Assembly: GCA_000697335.1 (NCBI GenBank)
Contig: JNEM01010466.1
Location: 1 to 33,058, forward strand
Direction: 5' to 3'
From: Conidiobolus incongruus B7586
Taxonomy: Eukaryota
Length of the DNA: 33,058 nucleotides
Numbering within the stretch: position 1 is the stretch's first letter; every line of letters begins with the position of its first letter. The notes under the pieces were generated by a model, which was given only the letters and a program-made list of their open reading frames with translations, ran no database searches and was not told the DNA's origin. A program made the translations under genes and the position numbers. Below, in pieces: positions 10,346-21,356 of this stretch.

Positions 10346-12517
10346 ATGATTAATCAATTATTAGTTTTCACAAGTTTAGCAATAAGTTTATTGAGTGGAG
10401 CACAACTCCAAAACTTCCAAAGTTACCAGAAGGTTGATGGCGGAAATGGAGTCGAATTCAAATCCGATGCTGGTAAGTTAAGAGTTTCTATCTACAATGG
10501 CAACATCCTCCGAGTTCAAGCCGTTCCCTCTGGTGAGTTCACTGAGCCCAAAATCCCCATTGTAATTCCTAGATCCATCCAACAATCTAGTTCCAATGTT
10601 GAAGATCGCTACGATCACTTCTTAGTAACCAGTGGCAATGTTGGAATCAAGGTTTACAAAGAATCAGGAAAGTTGACTATGGTAGATCGTGATAATCGTG
10701 TCCTCTGGGAAGAAGTTGAATCATTGAACTTTGGAAACAGTACCGTGCAAACTTTAAAGCAATTCGAAAATGAACAATTCTTTGGTGGAGGTATGCAAAA
10801 TGGAAGATTTAGCCATCGTGGAAAGAGTATCAATATTACAAAGGATTTTAATTGGAATGATAATGGTAATCCCAATCCTGCTCCTTTCTACATGAGTTCT
10901 AAAGGTTATGGTGTCTTCAGAAATACTTTCGCTCCTGGTAATTACGATTTCACTAGTATCTCAAAATTGACACATAAAGAGAATCGTTTCGATGCCTATT
11001 ATTTCTATGGCCCCAGTTTGAAAAATATCTTGAACCATTATACTCAGCTCACTGGTCGTCCTTTCATGCCTCCTATGTATGGTTTGGAAATGGGTGATGC
11101 TGATTGTTATTACAAGACTGCCAATGGTCGTCCTCCTAGGGACACCTTAATTGATTCCACTAAAGTTGCTCAAGGTTATGTTGATAATGACATGCCCGTT
11201 GGTTGGATGTTGGTCAATGATGGTTACAGCTGTGGTTACACTCGTTTGGGTGAAACTAGTCAAGCACTCCTTGATCGTAATGTCACTCTTGGTCTCTGGA
11301 CTGAATCCGACCTTGTCAATCAACCCACCGAGGTTGGTAAATGGGGTGTCCGTGTTCGTAAGTTAGATGTTGCTTGGGTTGGTCATGGTTATGAATTTGC
11401 TTTCAACGCTTGCCAAGTTGCTTACAACGGTATTCAAGACAACTCTGATGCTAGAGGTTTTGTATGGTTGGTTGAAGGTTGGTCTGGTTCCCAAAAGTGT
11501 GCAGTCATGTGGACTGGTGACCAATCCGGAAACTGGGAGAACATTCGCTTCCACATTCCCACCATCCATGGCTCTGGTCTCTCCAGTCAAGTTTACGTTG
11601 CTGGTGACGTCGACGGTATTTTTGGAGGTAGTTCTGAAACTTACATCAGAGATCTCCAATACAGAGTCTTTACTCCAGTATTCATGACCATGAGTGGCTG
11701 GGCTCAATTTGATAAACAGCCTTGGAGACGTGGTGAACCTGGTACATCTATTAACCGTAAATATCTTAAACTTCGTGAACAGCTCTTACCATACATTTAC
11801 TCTTATGCTCGCCAAGCTCACACTACTGGTCTCCCCATTGCTCGTTCACTCGTTTTGGAATACCCTGAAGATCCTAAGACTTGGGACTCTGAAACTACCA
11901 AATATGAATACTTGTTTGGTGAATATTTCTTAGTTGCTCCTGTTTATACTGCTACCACTGTTCGTAATGGCATCTATTTACCCAAGGGCACTTGGTTCGA
12001 TTACTGGACTTCCAAATCCTACCAAGGTGAACAAACTATTAATGGTTACGAAGCTCCTTTGGATCGTCTTCCTCTTCTCGTTCGTGCTGGTGCTATCATT
12101 CCTATGTGGCCCGAACTCAATAGTTTCAGACAACGTAAGCCCAATCAAAAACTCATCTTGGACCTCTATCCCAACTTTGGAACCGATCGCAAGACCGAAT
12201 TCGAACTCTACGAAGACGATATGCTTACTCGTGAATTTGCTAACGGCCAATTCGCTATCCAAAAGATCACTTTGGCTACCGAAAATCACCAACGCGTCGT
12301 TGTCACCGTTGGTAAGTTGGATGGTCAATTCAATAACAAGAGCACTCAAAGACCTTACGACCTCAAGTTCAGACTTAAGGAAGGAGTTAAGAAAGCTACC
12401 CTCAATATTGATGGTGACTCTAAGGAAGTTAAATTTTCTCAAAAGGATCAAACTGTCACCATTGCCTTGGATGCTATTTCTACTGAAAAGGAGTTTAAGG
12501 TTACTTTACAACTTTAG
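10346..12517 (+). CDS. Secreted glycoside hydrolase family 31 (copy A), putative alpha-N-acetylgalactosaminidase (Nag31-like), 723 aa, intronless
   Basis: Hydrophobic signal peptide MINQLLVFTSLAISLLSGA. GH31 motifs YTQLTGRPFMPP, RKLDVAW (nucleophile D341), WTGDQ (acid/base D392), LREQLLPYIY, RSLVLEYPED, YLFGEYFLVAPV, YLPKGTWFDYW, ELYEDD. Family call is confident; substrate is inferred from motif similarity. Confidence 0.92.
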   Translation: MINQLLVFTSLAISLLSGAQLQNFQSYQKVDGGNGVEFKSDAGKLRVSIYNGNILRVQAVPSGEFTEPKIPIVIPRSIQQSSSNVEDRYDHFLVTSGNVGIKVYKESGKLTMVDRDNRVLWEEVESLNFGNSTVQTLKQFENEQFFGGGMQNGRFSHRGKSINITKDFNWNDNGNPNPAPFYMSSKGYGVFRNTFAPGNYDFTSISKLTHKENRFDAYYFYGPSLKNILNHYTQLTGRPFMPPMYGLEMGDADCYYKTANGRPPRDTLIDSTKVAQGYVDNDMPVGWMLVNDGYSCGYTRLGETSQALLDRNVTLGLWTESDLVNQPTEVGKWGVRVRKLDVAWVGHGYEFAFNACQVAYNGIQDNSDARGFVWLVEGWSGSQKCAVMWTGDQSGNWENIRFHIPTIHGSGLSSQVYVAGDVDGIFGGSSETYIRDLQYRVFTPVFMTMSGWAQFDKQPWRRGEPGTSINRKYLKLREQLLPYIYSYARQAHTTGLPIARSLVLEYPEDPKTWDSETTKYEYLFGEYFLVAPVYTATTVRNGIYLPKGTWFDYWTSKSYQGEQTINGYEAPLDRLPLLVRAGAIIPMWPELNSFRQRKPNQKLILDLYPNFGTDRKTEFELYEDDMLTREFANGQFAIQKITLATENHQRVVVTVGKLDGQFNNKSTQRPYDLKFRLKEGVKKATLNIDGDSKEVKFSQKDQTVTIALDAISTEKEFKVTLQL
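11231..12480. repeat. Left arm of a 1250-bp near-perfect inverted repeat (partner 18165-19414)
   Basis: I found only 4 nucleotide differences to the reverse complement of 18165-19414; the shadow ORFs in alternative frames are also nearly identical. Confidence 0.9.
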
Positions 12518-14265
12518 ATTGACTGGTTTTGAGCCAAAATTATTAAATATACATTAATCACATTTAATGGCATAATGGTTTTTAAAATTTTGCTTCTTTC
12601 AAAGTATTTTAACATAAAGTGAATGAACTTAATAAACAAATTATAACAAAAATTATACGCATATAGCCAACCGATATTGAAATTTTTAATCCAAAAAAAT
12701 TAATTTAATCAAGGTATTTGATGGTAAAGTTGATGCTATCTAGCTTGTCAATTATTCAGTTATGGTCACAATTTTTGGAATCATTAATATAACTATTTAA
12801 AGTATGCTGATAAAAAATTAATAAACTTTTATAATTCAAATATAATATTTTAATGGTTTGAATATATCTAATATTTTCTTAACTTTATTTTATATATATC
12901 ATACATGTTTTAATTTGCATTTATTACAATTGATTATAATATTAATCCTATATTTCCTCAAACTTAACTCTGAACAATTTACTGATAATTTTTTAATAGT
13001 AATAATAGCTTTCATTAAATAGTATTTGCAAAATTATTATCAAATCATAATAAATTTGTAAAAATATTAACAAATATAGAAATAGTTGTTTGATAACTCT
13101 CTGCTTATTAAAAAAAGGAAAACTTTAAGATTTATTTTTTTCCATTAGGATTATAAATTATCATATTTTTTATATTAACTTTTGTTAATAAATGCTTTGG
13201 ATTATTATTGATGTCAAAACTGGAGTATATCTATACAATTTTAATGGCAATCGTGATGTTTTATTTGTAGAATATTTTTAAAAAAAATATTATTTTTGGT
13301 TTTAGGATCAAAGCCAATTTATATTAATATTTTCCAAATATATATCAAATATATAAAATTAATTTATTTTTTGATTATATCTACATATCCTTTTATTTTA
13401 TGTTTCAGTTTGATTTTTTATATGATTTCATTCACTTATAATCAATTTTCAAAATTCCCATTAACTTGATATTATAATTTAACCAATCTATATACTATTG
13501 TTTTATTATCAAAGAATATCAAATCATTTTTTATTAAATAATCAGTCTTCTTTATTAGTTAATATATGTGTGAGTTTTGCAATATTGAAAACTAAATATT
13601 AATGATAATTTCTATATATTTAAATACCGATCAAATTAACTATATAATGAATATAATTTGAGATCATTATTATATGGTTGTTTTATTCATGATATTCAAA
13701 ATCAATTTTATACTTGAAAATTTTCACCACATATGATCATTTATTTTGAACTTTGATATATTACTATATATAATTGATTCCATTCAAATATATTTAAAAA
13801 TATAGTAAAATTTAATGTATCATCAAGCTATTTTTGAGTGATTCAAAATACTATTGTCAAATGAATAGATTATACTAAATGATTAAACCCATTTTGAAGT
13901 TGATATATCTAGTTTAACTTTTTATAATACCATATTTGATTATTAAATATGTGTGTGTATGTAACTTTGAAATGCAACTATTGATTTGGAAATCAATAAT
14001 TAAAAATAATTATGACCATATTTGAATCTAATATAAGATATCAATACTCTAAATTAATGTAAAAATCCCGTTAAATTCAAAATAGTTTTTATAATCAGTT
14101 TATTTCAAAAGATAATTTGAATTTTTCAGATAAACGTTATGGATATTTTTAATAATCATTTAATTTAAAAGTAATTAGTATTTATTATTTTCATATATCA
14201 TTATCCCATATTCATCTTTTATTTGAAAACTCTATATTTCAAGTTTAAAATACCAATAGAAACGA

Positions 14266-14291
14266 ATATATATATATATATATATATATAT
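14266..14291. repeat. (AT)13 microsatellite
   Basis: Perfect AT dinucleotide run. Confidence 0.9.
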
Positions 14292-15338
14292 TAAGAATTA
14301 TTTTTATTAATTTAATATCATGGGCCGAAGACTTGGATTATTGGTAGGCAGGGTCATCTATTCCTGAATTACTATTAGGATTTCATAATATATCTTAATC
14401 TTAACATTTCTAATAGCAGCATATATTTTAGTTATTATGATGTATTATTTTTCACAAATATATACTTATTGGAAATTAAAACGTTATTAATCCTCAGAGA
14501 TTTGTTTACTTAATTATGCACCAACAATATATATTTTATATCATATTATTGTGCCTAAATTTTAGTTTAATAATTTTTTGGAATAGAGCTTTGGATCATA
14601 ATATATATTTCAGAATATTAAATAATCAATACTAATTTCTTTGGATTTTAAGTTATTTCAATTAATTTGAATCTTATATAACCAAAAAGTTATCAATCGG
14701 TTCAACAAAAATTTGAATTAATATTTTAGAATTAAAAAAATCTAGTTTATAATTAAAATTAAAATCAAAAATAATTTGAAACGTTTAATTATATTTTTGC
14801 AACCTGGTTATTGTTAGTGATCTGTTTGAATTATAAAATCATAATTGGGAATATTTTACTATTATCAATATGAATTAAAAATCAAAAACAAATACAGTAT
14901 ATTATATAAATATTTTATCCTCTCTATAATATTCAAAAGCTGTAAATAAAATTGACAGAATAATAAAATTTATTATTATTATTTATTTAAAAATTACTTA
15001 ATAAAATTGTTTATTAAAACTTTAAATTAATTTAATAAGATTGTTGCAAGTAAATATATAATTTAGTCAAAGTTATCTATTCATATTCTTATTATAAAAT
15101 CCAAAAAAGAAAAAAATTGAAAAATAAATTTGTAAACAGCTGTTTATTTTACATTAGCCATATATTTCTAAGTTGAAATATTTTTAAAATATTTCGTTAT
15201 AAATTGTTTTTGAAAAATGGTCAATTGCCCAATCCTATAATAACGATGAATATAAAGAAATATGATCAACATAGATGATTTAATACAACCACAGTGATAT
15301 TTAAAACTATTAGATTCAATGAAAAAAGACACTGTAAT

Positions 15339-17495
15339 ACAACAAGTAAATCAATTATTTGTACAAGTATAATATTCCATTTTTTAAAAGTATTTGGACT
15401 CAAAAACTTTGAAAGCTACCATAATTTTGAGGGAAGAAATAGCATAGAATTTAGATCTAATTCGAGGAAGCTGGGAGCGCCAATGTACAACAAAAACATA
15501 TTGCGCTTGCAAGTTGTTCGCATTCGGTAAGTTTATTGAGCCCAGTGTCCCAATAGTTATTCCAGGATCTGTAAAGCAATCTCGCTCGAATGACCAAGAC
15601 CATCAAAATTATCTCTTAGAAACAAGAGGAAATGTTGTTATTAAATTTAAAAAAAATATCAGGTACATTGGATTCAATAAACCGTCACGATCACGTTCTG
15701 TGGGAAGAGGTTGAGTCTTTGAAGTTTAGGAACAATGCAGTCCAAAACTTGAGACAATTCAAAGACCAGAATTTTTGAAGGAGGAATGCAAAATTAAAGA
15801 TTCAACCATCGTAGATAGAGTACCAATATCACTGTAGGTTAAGACTGAAATTGCAATTGAAAGCCCAATACTGCCTCTTTTTACATGATTACTGAAGGCT
15901 TAGGTGCCTTTAAGGACACTTTCGCACCTGGTAATTATGATTTCTCCAATGGATCTAAATTTACTCATAGTGAATCGTTTCGATGCCTATTATTTCTATG
16001 GTCCCAGTTTGAAGAATATCTTGAACCACTATACTCTGCTCACTGGTCGCCCTTTCATGCCTCCTATGTATGGTTTGGAAATGGGTGATGCTGATTGTTA
16101 TTACAAGACTGCCAATGGTCGTCCTCCTAGGGACACCTTAATTGATTCCACTAAAGTTGCTCAAGGTTATGTTAAGAATGACATGCCCGTTGGTTGGATG
16201 TTGGTCAATGATGGTTACGGTTGTGGTTACACTCGTTTGGGTGAAACTGGTCAAGCCCCCTTTGATTATATTGCCACATTTGGTCTATGGACTGAGTGTG
16301 GTTCCGTCAATCAACACAAGGAAGCTGCTTTATGGGGTGTGCGTATCCGTAATTTGAATGTAGTTTGGGTTAGCTCTGGATGTGAGTTTCCTTTTAATGC
16401 ATGTATGAAAGCATTTAGAGGTATTGAAGATAGTAGTGATGCTAGATACTTTATCTGGGTGACTTAAGGTTGGGCCGTATCTCAAAAGTATGCCGTTATG
16501 TGGGCCGGGAAACAATATGATAACTAGGAATATACGTCTCTGTATTCTTACCATTCATGACTTTGATCTGTCTAGTCAGGTCTGGGTTGCAGGAGATGTT
16601 CATGGTATATGTTCAGGAAGTCATAAAACCTATATTAGAAACCTTCAGTACAGAGTGTCTAATCCATTGCTTATAACCATAAACGGCCCGCCCCAATTCG
16701 ATAAACAACCTTGGAGACACGGCGAACCTGTATCTTGTAGAAACCACAAATACCTTAAACTCCGTGAACAACTCTTGCCATATATTTACTCCTATACTTG
16801 TAAAGCTCACGTTACTGGCCTCTCCATTGCTCGTTCTCTCGTTTTGGAATACTCTGAGGGCCCTAAGTCTTGGGGCTCTGAAACCACAAAACATGTATCA
16901 TTGTTTGGTTAATATCTCTTAGTTGCTTGTGTCTATACCTCACCACTCTTCGCGTTGTTATCTTCATCCTAAAGGGAACTCGGTTTGACTACTGAACTAC
17001 CAGGTCCTATCAGGGTGAACAAACTATTAATGGCTATGATGCATCATTGGATCGTTTACCTCCTCGTCCGTGCAGGTGCTATTCTTCCTAAGTTGCTTGA
17101 GCTGAACAACTTTAGACAACGCAACCCGAATGATAATCTTATCCTTGACCATTAACCTAATTTGAAGAGCATCATAAACAACGAATTCGAATTTTGCAAA
17201 AAAGATATGCTTTCTCACAATTTCTCCCAAGGCTAATTCACTATACAAAACAATCATCTCAGGAAAATAAGCCACAATCGAGTGATAGTCAACATTAAAA
17301 AAATTGATGGTTAATTCAAAAATAAGAGCATCCAGATGAGCCTTATGATCTTAAATTTAGATAAAATTTTTAGGAAAACAATATTGAAGCTCGATAAAAA
17401 TAAAAAGCACTTTCAGTAGTAATAATCAAACTGAGATAATTTCACTAAATTAATATCAACTGATGAAGATTTAATGTAAATTCATTTTTTTTAAA
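15339..17495 (+). pseudogene. GH31 pseudogene (copy B), full length, many stops and frameshifts
   Basis: Fragments in different frames align along all of copy A (LKNFESY..., KFIEPSVPIVIP, NRFDAYYFYGP...GYTRLGET, SSQVWVAGDV, LREQLLPYIY). No ATG at the homologous start; nucleophile D>N (RNLNVVW) and acid/base WTGDQ>WAGKQ. Ends approximate. Confidence 0.92.
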
Positions 17496-18127
17496 AAAAT
17501 TTAATATTGATAAATGGCTAAAATTGATTTATTAATATCAATAATCAGTAGTTGAAATTTGATGCAATATAATTTTTTCATATTTTGTCTCTTATAATGA
17601 TTTTTATTATGAAAACACACTTTTAATAAATTCAGATTTTGAATTTTTTTCAATACATCAAATAGCAATTGAATAATTTAAGTTGCAATATATATCAAAA
17701 TAATATTTTTATTTTTATTAATTTTGAAATTCAAAATGATATGAAATCTGCTAACAAGTGAGACAAATTTTAAAACTTAGTCTCCTATGCTTATAACTAA
17801 ATTTGTATATTATTTTTATCTATCAATATGGTAATAGTAATATTCTTGATCCCAGATTTTTGCTAACCATTTAAAATATACTTAGTTCACATTATGATAT
17901 TTTACGACTACAATAATAAAATTAGACTGCATTTAATGATAATTTATTTGATTTTATATGATTGATGCGAGGTTAGTTTTTGTGTAGTAATGTTAGTATT
18001 TGAATATCTAATGTATAATTCAATACATGATATATCATCATATAAAATATTGATATCAATTGAATTTTTATAATTGAATAATTTTATTTAATATTAGTTG
18101 ATTAATAAATAGTAAATATATAGTTGA

Positions 18128-20293
18128 TTAGAGGTGCAAAGTGACTTGGAATTCCTTATCAACGGAAATAGCATCCAAGGCAATGGTGACAGTTTGATCC
18201 TTTTGAGAAAATTTAACTTCCTTAGAGTCACCATCAATATTGAGGGTAGCTTTCTTAACACCTTCCTTAAGTCTGAACTTGAGGTCGTAAGGTCTTTGAG
18301 TGCTCTTGTTATTGAATTGACCATCCAACTTACCAACGGTGACAACGACGCGTTGGTGATTTTCGGTAGCCAAAGTGATCTTTTGGATAGCGAATTGGCC
18401 GTTAGCAAATTCACGAGTAAGCATATCGTCTTCGTAGAGTTCGAATTCGGTCTTGCGATCGGTTCCAAAGTTGGGATAGAGGTCCAAGATGAGTTTTTGA
18501 TTGGGCTTACGTTGTCTGAAACTATTGAGTTCGGGCCACATAGGAATGATAGCACCAGCACGAACGAGAAGAGGAAGACGATCCAAAGGAGCTTCGTAAC
18601 CATTAATAGTTTGTTCACCTTGGTAGGATTTGGAAGTCCAGTAATCGAACCAAGTACCCTTGGGTAAATAGATGCCATTACGAACAGTGGTAGCAGTATA
18701 AACAGGAGCAACTAAGAAATATTCACCAAACAAGTATTCATATTTGGTAGTTTCAGAGTCCCAAGTCTTAGGATCTTCAGGGTATTCCAAAACGAGTGAA
18801 CGAGCAATGGGGAGACCAGTAGTGTGAGCTTGGCGAGCATAAGAGTAAATGTATGGTAAGAGCTGTTCACGAAGTTTAAGATATTTACGGTTAATAGATG
18901 TACCAGGTTCACCACGTCTCCAAGGCTGTTTATCAAACTTAGCCCAGCCACTCATGGTCATGAATACTGGAGTAAAGACTCTGTATTGGAGATCTCTGAT
19001 GTAAGTTTCAGAACTACCTCCAAAAATACCGTCGACGTCACCAGCAACGTAAACTTGACTGGAGAGACCAGAGCCATGGATGGTGGGAATGTGGAAGCGA
19101 ATGTTCTCCCAGTTTCCGGATTGGTCACCAGTCCACATGACTGCACACTTTTGGGAACCAGACCAACCTTCAACCAACCATACAAAACCTCTAGCATCAG
19201 AGTTGTCTTGAATACCGTTGTAAGCAACTTGGCAAGCGTTGAAAGCAAATTCATAACCATGACCAACCCAAGCAACATCTAACTTACGAACACGGACACC
19301 CCATTTACCAACCTCGGTGGGTTGATTGACAAGGTCGGATTCAGTCCAGAGACCAAGAGTGACATTACGATCAAGGAGTGCTTGACTAGTTTCACCCAAA
19401 CGAGTGTAACCACAACCGTAACCATCGTTGACCAACATCCAACCAACGGGCATGTCATTATCAACATAACCTTGAGCAACCTTAGTAGAATCAATCAAAG
19501 TATCCTTAGGAGGTCTTCCATTTGCAGTTTTGTAGTAACAATCAGCATCACCCATTTCCAAACCATACATAGGAGGCATGAAAGGACGACCAGTGAGCTG
19601 AGTATAATGGTTCAAGATATTTTTCAAACTGGGGCCATAGAAATAATAGGCATCGAAACGATTTTCATCATGAGTCAATTTAGATCCATTGGAGAAATCA
19701 TAGTTACCAGGAGCGAAAGTATTTCTGAAGACACCATAACCTTTAGAACTCATGTAGAAAGGAGCAGGATTGGGATTACCATTATCTTCCCAGTTATAGT
19801 CAACAGCAATGTTAATCTTCTTACCACGATGACTGAATCTTCCATTTTGCATACCGCCACCAAAGAATTGTTCATTTTCGAACTGCTTCAAATTTTGAAT
19901 GGTACTGTTGCCGAAGTTCAATGGTTCAACTTCTTCCCAGAGGACGTGATTATCACGATCTACCATAGTCAACTTTCCTGATTCTTTGTAAACCTTGATC
20001 CCAACATTACCGGCGGATACCAAGTAATAGTCATGGCGATCTTCAATCTTGGAATTGGATTGTTGAACAGATCCAGGAATTACAATAGGAATTTTGGGCT
20101 CAGTGAATTCACCGGAGGGAATGGCTTGAACACGGAGGACATTGTCATTGTAGATAGAAACTCTCAACTTACCAGTATCGGATTTGAATTCAACTGCATT
20201 GTCGACCTTTTGATAGTTGTTAAAGTTTTGGAGTTGAACTCCGTTTATTAAATTGATAGCTAAACTTGTAAATATTAATAATTGATTAATCAT
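18128..20293 (-). CDS. Secreted glycoside hydrolase family 31 (copy C), putative alpha-N-acetylgalactosaminidase, 721 aa, intronless
   Basis: Intact ORF with signal peptide MINQLLIFTSLAINLING and the same catalytic motifs KLDVAW and WTGDQ; C-terminal two-thirds almost identical to copy A. Confidence 0.92.
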   Translation of the reverse strand: MINQLLIFTSLAINLINGVQLQNFNNYQKVDNAVEFKSDTGKLRVSIYNDNVLRVQAIPSGEFTEPKIPIVIPGSVQQSNSKIEDRHDYYLVSAGNVGIKVYKESGKLTMVDRDNHVLWEEVEPLNFGNSTIQNLKQFENEQFFGGGMQNGRFSHRGKKINIAVDYNWEDNGNPNPAPFYMSSKGYGVFRNTFAPGNYDFSNGSKLTHDENRFDAYYFYGPSLKNILNHYTQLTGRPFMPPMYGLEMGDADCYYKTANGRPPKDTLIDSTKVAQGYVDNDMPVGWMLVNDGYGCGYTRLGETSQALLDRNVTLGLWTESDLVNQPTEVGKWGVRVRKLDVAWVGHGYEFAFNACQVAYNGIQDNSDARGFVWLVEGWSGSQKCAVMWTGDQSGNWENIRFHIPTIHGSGLSSQVYVAGDVDGIFGGSSETYIRDLQYRVFTPVFMTMSGWAKFDKQPWRRGEPGTSINRKYLKLREQLLPYIYSYARQAHTTGLPIARSLVLEYPEDPKTWDSETTKYEYLFGEYFLVAPVYTATTVRNGIYLPKGTWFDYWTSKSYQGEQTINGYEAPLDRLPLLVRAGAIIPMWPELNSFRQRKPNQKLILDLYPNFGTDRKTEFELYEDDMLTREFANGQFAIQKITLATENHQRVVVTVGKLDGQFNNKSTQRPYDLKFRLKEGVKKATLNIDGDSKEVKFSQKDQTVTIALDAISVDKEFQVTLHL
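18165..19414. repeat. Right arm of the 1250-bp inverted repeat (partner 11231-12480)
   Basis: Reverse complement of 11231-12480 with about 4 differences. Confidence 0.9.
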
Positions 20294-20426
20294 TGATGGA
20301 TTTATTATTAAGTATTAATTAATCATTAAGTTGATTTTTAGGAATTTGCATCATATTTATATCAATAATAATGTTTCTATTATCAAAATTTCACCAATAT
20401 TCGCTTTTGTTCACTTTAAAGCACCT

Positions 20427-20448
20427 AGTCATTTGACATGTTGTGAAA
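20427..20448 (-). promoter_or_regulatory. Candidate conserved upstream element of GH31 copy C (GTCA-N2-TGAC)
   Basis: Minus strand TTTCACAACATGTCAAATGACT; 19/22 match to 10201-10222 at a similar distance from the ATG. Confidence 0.5.
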
Positions 20449-20959
20449 TTCAAGTGATAAGTGCATTTATTACATGCGAACTTTAGGATAAATTAAACCA
20501 AAGTCTTATATTCTGGGTTCTCTATAATTTCCAAAAGTAGTAAAATTAAATCAATCGAATCAAGTTATCCACTTTTGAATTGTAAATTCTCATAAAATTA
20601 TGATTAGGTAAAATATGCTTAAACAGTTGGGAATAGATTGATTTATTGTGAAGTGATGATAAATTATAACATAATGTATTTAATAGGATTTTATTATTTG
20701 CTCATATTTTCAAAATAAATATATACTTTTAGTTTAATATAATCTGATCTATTTGAACTTAAATTTATCACATAATCATTTATAACTTATTATTATAAAT
20801 GATATATTCCAAATTCCATCATGACTTTTTCAGATAAAAGTTTGGCATTTCATAAAATATCGGATGAATTGGATGTGCTATTGACTATTAATAATGAGAA
20901 TATTTTTTTTAAATAGGTGATTTCATCGTAACTGTTGGATAATTGTTAATAATCGATAA

Positions 20960-21356
20960 AAATCTAGATGTTTTGATGGTGGTACTATGGTTCTACCGAT
21001 CGCTAATAGAATGTTAAAAATAATAAAGGGAGCGACTTGCTTGTGATTTATTTGGTAGTTTGGGTTGAGGAGTTTTATGAGGCTTTGTTTAGGATTTAAT
21101 GGGCTTCAAAGAAGATTGGGGATAATGGTGAAAATTTATTCCAGTAATGGCTTTTTTATAGACCATTAGTCGGCTGTAGATGGTGTAAAGAAGAGTATTA
21201 GGCATTCAGAAACATGAGATCTTGAAATGATGGCACTAATGTTCCAGGTTATATCTCCATAGGGTAATAGGCTGCAAGGTAAAGTCAGTCAAGCTTCTTA
21301 CTATCTAGGTAACTTCGATATCATTGAAATATATAATTGTGATCCAGGTAAACATA
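20960..21356. other. Unidentified GC-elevated, G-skewed stretch; possible decayed coding or retroelement fragment
   Basis: Clearly richer in G than the flanks; no open frame; no recognisable motif. Confidence 0.25.

Noticed and set aside
10654..12557. Overlapping alternative-frame and antisense ORFs within GH31 copy A (likewise in C and D)
   Set aside because: Shadow ORFs caused by strong codon bias; they recur between copies only because the DNA is duplicated; no recognisable protein motifs.
14318..14380. Small GC-richer patch after the AT microsatellite (ncRNA?)
   Set aside because: No convincing stem, box C/D or H/ACA motifs, or second copy seen.
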